A stretch of 64,000 bases of DNA from positions 62,001 through 126,000 of the IMG/VR virus record IMGVR_UViG_3300035698_022190. One strand, written 5' to 3'. Below are positions 48,336-58,720 of the stretch, piece by piece. The stretch's first letter is position 1, and each line of letters starts with the position of its first letter. Position numbers and translations under genes: made by a program. Under the pieces are notes generated by a model. That model saw only the letters and a program-made list of their open reading frames with translations. It ran no database searches and was not told where the DNA came from.

Positions 48336-49538
48336 CTACTTATTAGCAGTAGCCGAATTTGTTGATAAATCAATCATCATTTTTAACATCAAAGCATTTT
48401 CAATGTTGGAACCACCATCTTCTCCACCACCACCTGTGATAACATTTACCGGACCTACCCAATCTTTCAATGCGGTTGCAACCCCAATATCGCGTTTTAC
48501 ATTTGCATCTATTTGATATTTCTCTCTTTCAGATAGTCCATCTGCAATACGTAACTCTTCCGAAATACCTTGTGCAGTTTTAATCTTTTTGATCTTATCC
48601 TGTTCCGCTTCAAGTGCTGCATATTTAGCAACTTCATATAATTTAGATGCTTGTAATTCTGCAACTTCTTTTTCTTTCTTTCCAATGGTTACCATCTTAA
48701 TCTTATCAACTTCTTGAATCGCGCGTTCTTTAGCAATCTTAGTATCACCCTCTGCTTTTGCAGTTATGGCGTCTTGACTTGCTTTTTGTGCGTCTTTTCT
48801 TGATTCAATTAAAGCGGTTAATTTAGGATCAAAGTCCATGTCCTTGATGTTGAACTGAATAATTTTAATTCCATATTGAGAGAATACCGGTGCTTTATTA
48901 ATTACAGGCATGGTAGTCTCTTTATCACGTAAGAAATCAAATTTCTTTGTTGTTCTCTTCGTACCATCTTTATTAGTAGATTCTTGTACCTTTACTTCTG
49001 GTACATATAGCCCCTGCTCTAGTTGTGCTTTAGCAAGTCTAATAAATTCAGATCGTTTATCAGCATAAGCCTCTTCGGAGTTCATCAGTGAGCCTGTATT
49101 TTTCAGGGCTTCAACTACTTGTTGTCTGATCATTCCTTTAGTTGCTTCATTAGAACTATATAGCTCATGAAGTGCATATAAATTCTCCGGTAATCTTGAT
49201 AATTCATATTGCATTACACAGCTTACATCAGCATACCCATCTGGAAATTGAACTCGAACTGCTCCGGTAACATTTCCTCGGCCACCATCTTCAACTTCTT
49301 TTGATAAAAATACAACATCAGATAATTTATACTTTGAAATAGTGCCAAAATATTGACCATACCAACCGGGAGCGTTTCTAACTGACATATTACCCTTAGG
49401 CCATGATTGTTTTATTTGATAATATCCGAAATCATTTCTTTCAACGAGATTGTTCAAAGAAAAACCGATAAAAACTACAGCTAAAACTACGATAATAGAA
49501 AATATAGATTTGCTGATTTGCTTCTTACTATAAGGCAT
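48336..49538 (-). CDS. SPFH/Band-7 domain membrane protein
   Basis: N-terminal TM, SPFH-like core, AEA-rich coiled coil. Confidence 0.8.
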   Translation of the reverse strand: MPYSKKQISKSIFSIIVVLAVVFIGFSLNNLVERNDFGYYQIKQSWPKGNMSVRNAPGWYGQYFGTISKYKLSDVVFLSKEVEDGGRGNVTGAVRVQFPDGYADVSCVMQYELSRLPENLYALHELYSSNEATKGMIRQQVVEALKNTGSLMNSEEAYADKRSEFIRLAKAQLEQGLYVPEVKVQESTNKDGTKRTTKKFDFLRDKETTMPVINKAPVFSQYGIKIIQFNIKDMDFDPKLTALIESRKDAQKASQDAITAKAEGDTKIAKERAIQEVDKIKMVTIGKKEKEVAELQASKLYEVAKYAALEAEQDKIKKIKTAQGISEELRIADGLSEREKYQIDANVKRDIGVATALKDWVGPVNVITGGGGEDGGSNIENALMLKMMIDLSTNSATANK

Positions 49539-49553
49539 GTAGCCTCCTTTTTT

Positions 49554-49769
49554 TTATTTTTGTGATAGATCTTTTAAACCATCCAACTTCTTTTTAGAAG
49601 CAGTTGATCTCTTTTTCAAGTCCGAGGGGATTCTATCTGCAGCTTTTGCGCGGTCTTGAATATCCTCGACAGCTGCTTTTACATCTTCCGTAAGTGTTGC
49701 TCTCCTATACCACTTCCATATAAAATATAGAATGGTAAAGAAAATAATAGCGATAAGTAGTTGTGCCAT
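49554..49769 (-). CDS. Small membrane protein
   Basis: TM helix, upstream of SPFH gene. Confidence 0.65.
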   Translation of the reverse strand: MAQLLIAIIFFTILYFIWKWYRRATLTEDVKAAVEDIQDRAKAADRIPSDLKKRSTASKKKLDGLKDLSQK

Positions 49770-49909
49770 TTTATTGCTAATTCCTTATATTATTAATTAG
49801 TATATAGCTTGTTACAAAAAAAATACATAAGATCTAGGTGTTGCTAAAATTCTTATACCAGAAAAGGCCAACATATTGCTGGCCTTTTTAGTTCAATGTT
49901 TAAGAGTTA

Positions 49910-50647
49910 TCAGGCTCTTTGTCCGCAATGTCTGCAGAACTGGTCACCCTTTCTTAACCTTCCACCACACCCACCACAATAAGAGCGGATGCTCTTTGGT
50001 GTATGTACTTGTGCGCTGGTTGGCAATAAGTGGTATGTATATGAAGCTGTACATATAGACTCAAACTTCAGATATACTTCTGTGAAATCTTGATCTGATT
50101 TATCTCCATGCTCTACACGTCCTGTTTCAATACCCTTCTTTGTGCTTCTAAAAATGTTTTCTGCTGATGATTTAACATTGCTTGTGTCAAAGCTCATTGT
50201 ATTATTACACGTTACAGTGCCATATTGTGGCGCTCCCCCAGTACCAATACCGTTTACATGCGTCACCCAAGGATCATTTAATGTAGTTTGAATTGGATAA
50301 TAAGGCTGGACTGGTGTTGATTCTTTGTAAAAAAGAATCTCAACCAAACCGTTTTTTTCAATGGCTTTTTTGGCTGCTTTCGTGTTAGGTACATCATATG
50401 TATTAAAGAGCAACTTTTCATCTGTATCAATAAAACGGTCTAAATAAAAATGTTGTCCCGGATTAAGAACTATTCCGGCATTGCTAATAAATTTGCCATT
50501 TAGCTTAATCTTAGCTTTGTATACATCTTGAGTTGAGTTTTGTAATTCGATTTGAAATTCCGTTTGATCTTTTAAATAGATCATTTGTCCGGAATACTTC
50601 CTGAGACGATTGCCATTAACAGCAATCTCTGCGATTGGTTTATACAT
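49910..50647 (-). CDS. Hypothetical protein with C-terminal zinc ribbon
   Basis: CGGCG..FCRHCG; AGGAG RBS before MYKP. Confidence 0.75.
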   Translation of the reverse strand: MYKPIAEIAVNGNRLRKYSGQMIYLKDQTEFQIELQNSTQDVYKAKIKLNGKFISNAGIVLNPGQHFYLDRFIDTDEKLLFNTYDVPNTKAAKKAIEKNGLVEILFYKESTPVQPYYPIQTTLNDPWVTHVNGIGTGGAPQYGTVTCNNTMSFDTSNVKSSAENIFRSTKKGIETGRVEHGDKSDQDFTEVYLKFESICTASYTYHLLPTSAQVHTPKSIRSYCGGCGGRLRKGDQFCRHCGQRA

Positions 50648-50755
50648 AGGTATTCTCCTGTTTTGTGTTATACTGTCAAACCAATTTGCAAGCATAATGC
50701 TTCTTGCTCTAATGCCTTAGTGACACTTGGCGCAACAGCGCGAGTAATATACTTA

Positions 50756-50784
50756 AATATAATAAATTTAAACTAAAAAAGCAA
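50756..50784 (-). promoter_or_regulatory. sigma70-type promoter TTGCTT-N17-TATATT
   Basis: Recurring pattern. Confidence 0.55.
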
Positions 50785-50789
50785 GCAGT

Positions 50790-50978
50790 TTAAGTGCTTG
50801 CTTCTGAATCTTTTTCTTCCATTGATTTTGCCAACGGTTTGCCACATTTAGTACAACGTATTTCTGCTTGTTGCACAAATTTATCTTTGCCTGTTGGTGA
50901 CAAAATTTTTGAAAGCTTTTTTACTGTGTAGATTGGTGCAAACTCTAGACTACCACATGTACATGCAACATCTGTCAT
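50790..50978 (-). CDS. Small zinc-finger protein
   Basis: CTCG...CTKCG. Confidence 0.65.
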   Translation of the reverse strand: MTDVACTCGSLEFAPIYTVKKLSKILSPTGKDKFVQQAEIRCTKCGKPLAKSMEEKDSEAST

Positions 50979-50995
50979 CTTTGATAAATCTACAT

Positions 50996-51556
50996 TTACT
51001 GTGTTGCTAATTTTTCTTCGCCTTCCTTTTCAGTCGGTTTAAATATTTTTTTTCTTATTAGATCGGTTACCTTAGTGCGTACAGCTTCTGCATATTCCAA
51101 AGAAGCGGATGAATTTGAGTATCCTCCATTATAACCAGCATATATCTTAGTCCAGCTATTTGGCCCAAACTGCGATTGCCACATTTTTAAATCTGTAACA
51201 GCAAGAGCTGCTGCATAATCCATATTTTGAATTAACTCAAGCATAGCAAGATTTCTATTTAAGTTGTTTAGATGTCTTCCTTCCTGAATTAATAAGTAGT
51301 CAATATGTTTGTGCCAATACCCACCACTTGGATCTCCAATATTAAAAGGTACTATGTCTTCACCCACAAATGACTCATGCCACATGATAGCTGCCATGCT
51401 ATACCCAAGATCAAACTCTTTTCCATAGTCAAAGGCTTTCTTCATCAAAGCTTTTTGTTGCAAAGTTAACTTATCATAATTGTTTTGTGGCTGGGCAAGC
51501 AACAAAAGCGGTAAGGCTAACGTAAAAAGCCATAACATTATTTTCATTATTTTCAT
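50996..51556 (-). CDS. Secreted lysozyme-like/lytic transglycosylase (SLT) protein
   Basis: Signal peptide, AAIMWHES, AGYNGG. Confidence 0.7.
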   Translation of the reverse strand: MKIMKIMLWLFTLALPLLLLAQPQNNYDKLTLQQKALMKKAFDYGKEFDLGYSMAAIMWHESFVGEDIVPFNIGDPSGGYWHKHIDYLLIQEGRHLNNLNRNLAMLELIQNMDYAAALAVTDLKMWQSQFGPNSWTKIYAGYNGGYSNSSASLEYAEAVRTKVTDLIRKKIFKPTEKEGEEKLATQ

Positions 51557-51614
51557 AGATGTCCCTATTTTACGCAAGCCGACCAAGTTGCGATCGGCTT
51601 GCAATTTTATTCTA

Positions 51615-52043
51615 TTACGGTACTATTACTAGGTCCTCAAAAAGTAGATCTTCTGGATTAGCAAAAGGCCCAGTAAAAGCTGGTTGAGATAAGCGTACTC
51701 GCTCATATTTATCCTTAAACTGTTTATCCACAACTTCGCCCTCTATAGGGCATAGCTGACAACCGTCATCAGTTTCTCTAAACTCAAAGACAGTTAATCT
51801 ATCTTGTATTGGAACACCAATAGTGTCCAAACCTTCCGAATGTCTTTGGGGGGTAAGACATAACAACTCTTGTTGTTCACAAATTATAACGTCATCTGGA
51901 AGAGCAATACAACTATTAAATTCGAACATTGCTTCTGCATCATCAAGATGGTCACATAAATTTGTTTCTATAAGGTTCAATGCATCTGGACTTTCCAATA
52001 TAATCCCCAGTCCCATGTCAAACGTTCTTCGCTTTGGAGGCAT
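51615..52043 (-). CDS. Acidic hypothetical protein
   Basis: AGGAG RBS before MPPK; downstream of GGTATAAGAA motif. Confidence 0.65.
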   Translation of the reverse strand: MPPKRRTFDMGLGIILESPDALNLIETNLCDHLDDAEAMFEFNSCIALPDDVIICEQQELLCLTPQRHSEGLDTIGVPIQDRLTVFEFRETDDGCQLCPIEGEVVDKQFKDKYERVRLSQPAFTGPFANPEDLLFEDLVIVP

Positions 52044-52125
52044 ACTATCTCCTTTTTTAGGATTGATTAATTGGATCTGAACAAAAACTAGATCTGTATT
52101 TTTCTTATACCCATAAGTATTGTTT

Positions 52126-52830
52126 TTATGGGAGCTTGTTTGTGATATTCTGGATAACATCTACTAGATACGGAAGCTCGTATTCTGTAGCTCCCCAGTC
52201 TTGTAAATGTACCAGTGCTTGTGTTTTGACTTGTTTACCATAATACCTTTCCAAGAGAAACCTATACATACTTAATTGAAGCGCGTAATGCCAATAGTTA
52301 CTATCATGTAAATGGTCCGTAGTTGGATCCGTCCCTCTCTTATTACCAAAGGCTGTTTTTCTAATTGCTTTATTAGTTTTCCAGTCTATAATTGTATAAA
52401 TATCTGTAACAGGGTTATGGACTAATAGATCTATCGTGCCAGAAATTCCTATTTCTTCGCTGTATATAATTACTTCTGGGTACCAGTTGTATTTATCGCG
52501 GGTGAATTGTTCTAGCCATTTTACCCCCTGTATTCCCTTTATATCAGTTACAGGAACTTTTGTGTTTATATAATCTTCTAGCTGATTATGGACCCTTGTT
52601 CCATCTAATCCGGCTTGTTCCCACTCTCCTAATAAACTCTCTTTCGTATAGGATGCATATTTAGGGGAATTTGCGACCAATTTAGATGCAATCTTTTCTG
52701 CCTCGAAAGGCCTAAATAAGCTGTGTATAATCGTAGTAGTGCTAGTAAATTCAGCCTTGGGGTTAGACGTAAGTGTATAAATATGTGTTGCATCATCTAA
52801 CGTGATGTCTTTACTAAAGAGCTGATTCAT
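52126..52830 (-). CDS. PD-(D/E)XK exonuclease (RecB/Cas4-like)
   Basis: GTRVH, GTIDLL, IIDWKT, QLSMY. Confidence 0.85.
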   Translation of the reverse strand: MNQLFSKDITLDDATHIYTLTSNPKAEFTSTTTIIHSLFRPFEAEKIASKLVANSPKYASYTKESLLGEWEQAGLDGTRVHNQLEDYINTKVPVTDIKGIQGVKWLEQFTRDKYNWYPEVIIYSEEIGISGTIDLLVHNPVTDIYTIIDWKTNKAIRKTAFGNKRGTDPTTDHLHDSNYWHYALQLSMYRFLLERYYGKQVKTQALVHLQDWGATEYELPYLVDVIQNITNKLP

Positions 52831-52835
52831 TTATT

Positions 52836-53444
52836 TTATATGATTTCGTCTACTAACCCATATTCTAAGCACTGTTCTGCATCAAAATATAAGTCATGTT
52901 CTAGTATACCTTTTATCTCGCCTTCTGGGATCTTGGTGTACTTTTTATAAATCCCCATAATTTTATTCATTAAAACGTCCGCATTTTTTAAACCATCTTT
53001 TAAATCCGCATACTTACCAAGAATCTTAGAGGAAAGTTGGTGAATTAGCATCATTGAATTAGATCCAATTTGTCTATGGTTTCCTATTACGCTAAATAAA
53101 GTAGCGGAACTGGCAACAAGCCCATCTATAATGGTAGTAACTTTTAAACCGTTAGATTGAATTCTTCCGATCGCGTCCATGATGGCAAAACCATCCAATA
53201 CAAAACCACCATTGCTATTAATGTGTAAATATATAGGATCAATACCTTCAAGTTCCCGAATAATTTTATCTCTTAAGTGTATATGACTCATCTCTAAAAG
53301 TATTTTGTTTACCCTTAAAGCAGATTCAGAGTCTACTCCTGAATAAAAATAGATTCTATTAGCTGTTTCCTCTACGTTTTTTTCTGCGTCGTCTTTCGTT
53401 CCCCTAATGGGAGCACCCCAAACTGGGGCTATGTTCTCAGTCAT
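52836..53444 (-). CDS. ClpP-like protease
   Basis: LHINSNGG, ASSAT, MLIHQ, AEQCLEYGLVDEI. Confidence 0.88.
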   Translation of the reverse strand: MTENIAPVWGAPIRGTKDDAEKNVEETANRIYFYSGVDSESALRVNKILLEMSHIHLRDKIIRELEGIDPIYLHINSNGGFVLDGFAIMDAIGRIQSNGLKVTTIIDGLVASSATLFSVIGNHRQIGSNSMMLIHQLSSKILGKYADLKDGLKNADVLMNKIMGIYKKYTKIPEGEIKGILEHDLYFDAEQCLEYGLVDEII

Positions 53445-53540
53445 TCATTTTCCTTTTTTATTATTGTTTACTACTAACAACCCCATAGTTTAAGCTATGG
53501 GGCTATATTAATAGTTAGTCGAGTTTCTGGATTTATCTTT

Positions 53541-54059
53541 TTATTCAGTTTGCGAATGTTGGGAGAATGTTTTTAAAAAATCTATATCCGCCCTCTTCGC
53601 ATCTATATATGTTTTTGATTTTTTGTCATAAAAAACCAACGAATTGTGTGCCCATTCTGCCAGGTTATCTAAATCCCACCCAAGAGTCTCTACCATATTA
53701 ATTACAATACTCTGTGGTTCGGCCCCGGCCGTAATGCACTCATTACAAATTTGATAAGATGTGGGAGCTAGTTTTGAAGCAACAACTCCTAAACTAATGT
53801 GGTCCCCACAAACGTCGCATATATTTGTTTTTTTCATACTATCTAATACCTCCCAATCAAAAATTTCTCCTAATAAAGCTTCGCCAGAAGCAAATTCTAG
53901 TTCTACTGTTTTATTGGATCCTATTTCCGGTATCAAGGTTACTGTCATTTTTCCTTTCGGTGAGGTTTTCTTTGAAACATACCAACCTTCCTCGCCCGTC
54001 AAAGTGCGTACGCGTAAATTTTTAAAGCGTACTGTTTCTTTTAATTCTTTAATCTTCAT
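53541..54059 (-). CDS. Hypothetical protein with CxxC pairs
   Basis: CDVC..CNEC. Confidence 0.65.
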   Translation of the reverse strand: MKIKELKETVRFKNLRVRTLTGEEGWYVSKKTSPKGKMTVTLIPEIGSNKTVELEFASGEALLGEIFDWEVLDSMKKTNICDVCGDHISLGVVASKLAPTSYQICNECITAGAEPQSIVINMVETLGWDLDNLAEWAHNSLVFYDKKSKTYIDAKRADIDFLKTFSQHSQTE

Positions 54060-54459
54060 CTTCTTCTTCGTTTTCTTTCCAAAACTTGGTTTTGGGTAAT
54101 TTGATTTTTAAAATCTCTAATAACATCTTACCACGGGCATCTGCTTCCGTTTGTTCTTGCGTTGTGATTAATGCAACCCCCTCTTCTTCGTTTTCATAGG
54201 TGCATATCCAGCGCGGTCCTTGGTCATCTACATATCGCCACAAAGTTTGCACCTGTGTTGGTAATAAGATTCCAAGTTCACCGCTTGTATAAGCAGAACA
54301 AAATCGATGCTGTCTTTTAGCAACAGCCGCCGATTCAACTTTTATTCGTCCATCCAAGTAGCTTACCCAAAAAAATATAGTATTCATAGCAACGTCCGCT
54401 TCTACTAGGTCATGGGAAAGTTCAAAACTAGTGACCTGATGGTCAAGGAGTAGAATCAT
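54049..54459 (-). CDS. Hypothetical protein
   Basis: GAGG RBS, intact ORF. Confidence 0.65.
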   Translation of the reverse strand: MILLLDHQVTSFELSHDLVEADVAMNTIFFWVSYLDGRIKVESAAVAKRQHRFCSAYTSGELGILLPTQVQTLWRYVDDQGPRWICTYENEEEGVALITTQEQTEADARGKMLLEILKIKLPKTKFWKENEEEDED

Positions 54460-54528
54460 AATTTTAGCCTCAGTTATGTGTTCATGCTTTAAATTTAAGC
54501 TATAAATACCTCATTAGTCAAGCTTTTT

Positions 54529-54726
54529 CTACTCTTGGGCCTTCCAGCCCATGTCTTTAAAAACCTTTTGAAAATTGACAGATGTTGCTCTGTTTGCCAA
54601 TCTTTTTGAATGTGAGAAAGTTTTTTTAGGATTTGTAATTGTCAGCTCATGACGATTATGCTCTGCCTGTTGAAAAATTGCTATCAACTGGCCTCGTGGT
54701 GTATGTTTTATATATGTTGTACTCAT
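54529..54726 (-). CDS. Small hypothetical protein
   Basis: ATGA-coupled to pncA. Confidence 0.55.
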   Translation of the reverse strand: MSTTYIKHTPRGQLIAIFQQAEHNRHELTITNPKKTFSHSKRLANRATSVNFQKVFKDMGWKAQE

Positions 54727-55322
54727 TGGGCATCTCCTGTGTGTATAATAACGCCAGCTTCTCGTAGTTCAGTAATAACCCCATCTACAGTACTTGGGTC
54801 TACGGCCCTAGTGCCTGACATTAATAAATTTGTTGTTAAGTTTTCTTTAATTCCATCCAATGCTGTTTCTTTGACGCAATACTCCAAGGCCAATCCTACA
54901 ACATCTATTTCTTTTATTCCGCGCTGAAATAAGAAGGTCCATAGTTTTTGTCCCAGCTTTCTGCCCTCAAAACCGCTAAAAGGATGCTTTGTTGGGTTCT
55001 CACCTTTAGTAAAAACATGTGCGTCTTCTGCCCATTCCCATCTAAGATCAGGATGAAATTGTGCTCCGGCTGTGTATTGAACACAATGATCTGGCCAGAA
55101 CCATTGGCCCTTTACTTCTGTAAATGGCTCAATGTCTTTATGATTACTCGCAAAATTTAGATGATGTTTCGGGTGCCAGTCCCTAGTAAGGATCACACAA
55201 CTATATCTATCAGAAATAATCAGTGAATTAATGTGTTGAATCATGGCATCTGTTCCTTTAGATTCTAAAGGGCCACCTTCGCAAAAATCGATTTGTGTAT
55301 CTACAATTATTAATGCTTTCAT
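54723..55322 (-). CDS. pncA: Nicotinamidase
   Basis: IIVDTQIDF, TRDWHP, WPDHCVQ, GLALEYCVKETA. Confidence 0.92.
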   Translation of the reverse strand: MKALIIVDTQIDFCEGGPLESKGTDAMIQHINSLIISDRYSCVILTRDWHPKHHLNFASNHKDIEPFTEVKGQWFWPDHCVQYTAGAQFHPDLRWEWAEDAHVFTKGENPTKHPFSGFEGRKLGQKLWTFLFQRGIKEIDVVGLALEYCVKETALDGIKENLTTNLLMSGTRAVDPSTVDGVITELREAGVIIHTGDAQ

Positions 55323-55867
55323 TTTCGTAAGCTCCTTGCTTTTTCAAAACCTATGGCAAAAGTTAGTAACCGGGAGCTAAGTACAACCCCATTAACTGCC
55401 TTCTCATAAGTAATGTAGCTATATAAATCTTCTAATGGAATAATTAAGCTTTGAATTATCTCATGCTCGTCGGGTAACTCCTCACTCTTTAGTAGGCAAT
55501 CTACATCATACTCTATAACGACAATCTTTTCATCTGACACGCCAGCGCTCGAATATGATTTTGGATGTATCAGAGTTAGGTCTTCAGATTGAACTAGAAA
55601 ACCAGTCTCTTCTGAAAACTCTCTCATGGCTGCAATATCAAATGCTTCCCCTTCCTGCACTAAACCAGCGGGAAAAGAAAACATATATTTGTTTAGAGCA
55701 TGTCTAAACTCTTTGATTATTATCACGGAGTTTTTATTATAATATACAACAGGTATAACTGCTTGGGTGTCATTATTACGCTCTACCCTTTCCCATTTTA
55801 CCTTATTGTTACCCTCGACCTCAACAAAAGTGAGATATTTTCCCTCGTATTTTACTTCTCTTTTCAT
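55319..55867 (-). CDS. NUDIX hydrolase (ADP-ribose pyrophosphatase-like)
   Basis: FPAGL..GE...AAMREFSEETG, YSSAGVSDE. Confidence 0.88.
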   Translation of the reverse strand: MKREVKYEGKYLTFVEVEGNNKVKWERVERNNDTQAVIPVVYYNKNSVIIIKEFRHALNKYMFSFPAGLVQEGEAFDIAAMREFSEETGFLVQSEDLTLIHPKSYSSAGVSDEKIVVIEYDVDCLLKSEELPDEHEIIQSLIIPLEDLYSYITYEKAVNGVVLSSRLLTFAIGFEKARSLRK

Positions 55868-57030
55868 TCTTCAAGTCCTAGTATTTGTTTAGATATTTTT
55901 ATTGCCTCTGGCGTTCCTGTGTTTTTACCTTCTACATCAGATAATTTAACAGTTGGCTGCCACTTTCCGTTACGTCCTAAAACATCCGTCATTTTAATAA
56001 CGATGTTCAACGGCTTAACGCCGGGAATGTCATTAGATAGTGCTGTGCCTATACCATAAGATGTGTGAAATAAATTGCCCACACGTTGTTTTAATTTTGC
56101 TGCTGAATCTACAGTTAAGCCATCGGAAAATACAATCGACTTGCTGCCTGGATCAATTCCTTTATCCATATAATGCTTTATCATTTTTTGATAAAAATCA
56201 AAAGGATCTCCGCTGTCTTGTCTAACACCATCAAACAACCGTGCAAACCTATTTCCAAAAGATAATAAAAATTGTTCTGTTGTATAAGTGTCTGTTAATG
56301 CAATACCTAAATTGCCTTGATAAACCGATACCCATTTTTTCATTCCCATATAATTTGCTGATGGATATCCATATTTAGTAGCATGGAACATATACCACTC
56401 GTGTGCCTGAGTCCCTATAGCTTTTAATTTATATTCCTTCGCTAAGTAAACATTGCTAGTACCTATTAAAGCGCCCAAAGCTTTTAATTCTTCAACAACT
56501 TGTTTTTGGGTCGAAAAAGAAAATCTACGGCGAGTACCAAATTCTGCCACAGACATTTCGTTTCCCTTTATGATCTCTGCTTTAGCTGTATTTGTTTTAG
56601 TTAAAACTTCCGGATCGTATTTCTGTCCTGTCATTTTAAAATAAGTCTCAGAAATTAAAGCTAAGAGGGGCACTTCCCATAAAATAGCGCGGTACCACGG
56701 CCCTTGAATAGTTAGACTAAATTTTCCATCTTTTTGTTCCATTTGGATTTCAGAGGGTTGATATCTATATGCCTTTAAAAAGTCTACATAAGGAGGACTA
56801 AGATATGAACAATGTTCTAATAAGAAATCTTTTTCTTCATAATGTAATGTCAAATGGCCCATATAATGTATTTTAGGCCATAACTCTTTAACGAACCCTT
56901 CTGGATAAACTGTATTGCCACGATCAATAAATTTATATTTAACGATAGCCCGTGGATATTTTTGTATGACTGCGTTTTGCATAGCATATTTATACAAATC
57001 ATTATCTGTAAAATGTTCTATAAATCCCAT
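55864..57030 (-). CDS. pncB: Nicotinate phosphoribosyltransferase
   Basis: DNDLYK, EFGTRRR, GTSNV, GTQAHEW, RQDSGDP, VFSDGL, VKLSD. Confidence 0.93.
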   Translation of the reverse strand: MGFIEHFTDNDLYKYAMQNAVIQKYPRAIVKYKFIDRGNTVYPEGFVKELWPKIHYMGHLTLHYEEKDFLLEHCSYLSPPYVDFLKAYRYQPSEIQMEQKDGKFSLTIQGPWYRAILWEVPLLALISETYFKMTGQKYDPEVLTKTNTAKAEIIKGNEMSVAEFGTRRRFSFSTQKQVVEELKALGALIGTSNVYLAKEYKLKAIGTQAHEWYMFHATKYGYPSANYMGMKKWVSVYQGNLGIALTDTYTTEQFLLSFGNRFARLFDGVRQDSGDPFDFYQKMIKHYMDKGIDPGSKSIVFSDGLTVDSAAKLKQRVGNLFHTSYGIGTALSNDIPGVKPLNIVIKMTDVLGRNGKWQPTVKLSDVEGKNTGTPEAIKISKQILGLEE

Positions 57031-57040
57031 TGTGTTTCTC

Positions 57041-57904
57041 CTAAAATAGTATTGACGCTTTCGAGTTCCAGGACGTATATAAATGTCCATCTTCTTGAAA
57101 AATTAAGGACCTTAAGTCAGTTCCAGATGATTGCTCTTGAATACAATAATCTATAGAAACAACGGACACTCCTTCCACATCATATACCATTTCTCCAGTA
57201 TTTAATGTTCGAATGTGCTGTCCATTTTTCTTTATCATTTTTTCAAGATCTTCCTGCATTTTTTCATACTGACCATTATCTGCATGTTTTGCTATCCAGG
57301 CATGTGGTATAAAATCTTGTATATTATATGTAGGCACTGTCAATTTTCGTAAAAGTAGTTGTTTAATTTTATGTACTTTACAAAAAGTCAGTAATTTACG
57401 TGCTGTTAAATCTCCTAGTTGGTCCGAGACATTTACTGTAATGCGCGGTGTCATCCAAATATTTAAACCTTCAGCACTTGAAATTGTTCGCATTTCCTTA
57501 AATACCGGCCTCATCTTATCGAGCTGTGTTTTGCTGTCAATCGAAATAGCTATCGTATCATACCCTCTGGACCATAAATGTCCCACATACTCTGGATTCT
57601 TCATCAAGAATAACCCATTAGTCTGCAGCTCCAATGGCCACTCTCTAAAGCTTTTAGCCATGTTATCAACCCTGCTTCTGCTTCTTTCATTAACCAACGG
57701 CTCGCCCTTTCCGGTAATAAGTACACTAGTAATTCCAGCACTTTCTGCAACTTTTTTAACCTTTAATTTATTTCTTCCCATAAGGGATGGACTGGGATTT
57801 TCTTCATAACCAGTCATCTTACTTATGCAGTACTTACAATCTTTGTCGCAGCCCTCATAGGGCATAGCGATTGTAAGATTTTCTGATCTAAGTGATGCGC
57901 TCAT
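57041..57904 (-). CDS. Radical SAM protein
   Basis: CDKDCKYC, ITGKGEP, QTNG. Confidence 0.85.
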   Translation of the reverse strand: MSASLRSENLTIAMPYEGCDKDCKYCISKMTGYEENPSPSLMGRNKLKVKKVAESAGITSVLITGKGEPLVNERSRSRVDNMAKSFREWPLELQTNGLFLMKNPEYVGHLWSRGYDTIAISIDSKTQLDKMRPVFKEMRTISSAEGLNIWMTPRITVNVSDQLGDLTARKLLTFCKVHKIKQLLLRKLTVPTYNIQDFIPHAWIAKHADNGQYEKMQEDLEKMIKKNGQHIRTLNTGEMVYDVEGVSVVSIDYCIQEQSSGTDLRSLIFQEDGHLYTSWNSKASILF

Positions 57905-58290
57905 AATTTACCCCTGTTTTTTTCTATAGCTTCTAAAATTTCAAAGACTCGCTGGGCACACCAACGCATGCCTTCCTCAGGCTCATAAAAACCACCTGTG
58001 TCCATCATCCCTTCATCATCAAATTTGGAAATCATTGCCAATATTTTAGGACTGGGAGAAGTTACATCGGATTGGATGTCGAGAGTCAAGCCTATACCGC
58101 GATCACAGGCAAATGGGACCAGATAGCCCCAAATGGTGCGTATGTTTACTGCTTGTACTAAGTGTTTACTTATTACTCTGCCCGAAGCTAGTAAATTTAA
58201 CTTTCCATTGCTTTCGTCCCAACAATAATCTTGGAAATCTTCCATAGTTTTTGTTGTTTCATGCTTTAAATAAGTTGCTTTCCACCTCAT
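57901..58290 (-). CDS. Hypothetical protein
   Basis: ATGA-coupled. Confidence 0.6.
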   Translation of the reverse strand: MRWKATYLKHETTKTMEDFQDYCWDESNGKLNLLASGRVISKHLVQAVNIRTIWGYLVPFACDRGIGLTLDIQSDVTSPSPKILAMISKFDDEGMMDTGGFYEPEEGMRWCAQRVFEILEAIEKNRGKL

Positions 58291-58484
58291 GCTTCTTCTC
58301 TTGGTAATAATATTATTTTTGCGTCGGGAACCAACGCTAGTTTTATACTTTCTTCAAAAATAGCATATGTTGTTCTGGAGGCTATTACCCGCTCAATATC
58401 GTTGCGACCCCGCACGACGTTGTCATGCTTACAGCCGTCCATCACTAACAATGTTTTTTTCCCACCTATTTGGTGTATGAACAT
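58287..58484 (-). CDS. Small hypothetical protein
   Basis: AGGAG RBS, ATGA-coupled. Confidence 0.55.
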   Translation of the reverse strand: MFIHQIGGKKTLLVMDGCKHDNVVRGRNDIERVIASRTTYAIFEESIKLALVPDAKIILLPREEA

Positions 58485-58552
58485 ATAATTTGTTCTCCTG
58501 TGTTTTTATTCAATAGTAGTGTGACTATAAGAATCAAAAACAAAAATGTTTT

Positions 58553-58720
58553 TTATTTTAGTACTAGATACATCACAGCAAAAAATCCAAGTATAATAGT
58601 TAAAGGTATGCCAACCGGGGCCAGTACCCAAAACCATGACCAATGTATAAAGCCGGTTAATTTTAAAGCTACAAAAAGTATTAATAAAAATCCTAGTATT
58701 CCTGGTCCATTGTTACTCAT
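58553..58720 (-). CDS. Small membrane protein (absent from ORF track)
   Basis: MSNNGPGILGFLLILFVALKLTGFIHWSWFWVLAP...; AGGAG RBS. Confidence 0.7.
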   Translation of the reverse strand: MSNNGPGILGFLLILFVALKLTGFIHWSWFWVLAPVGIPLTIILGFFAVMYLVLK

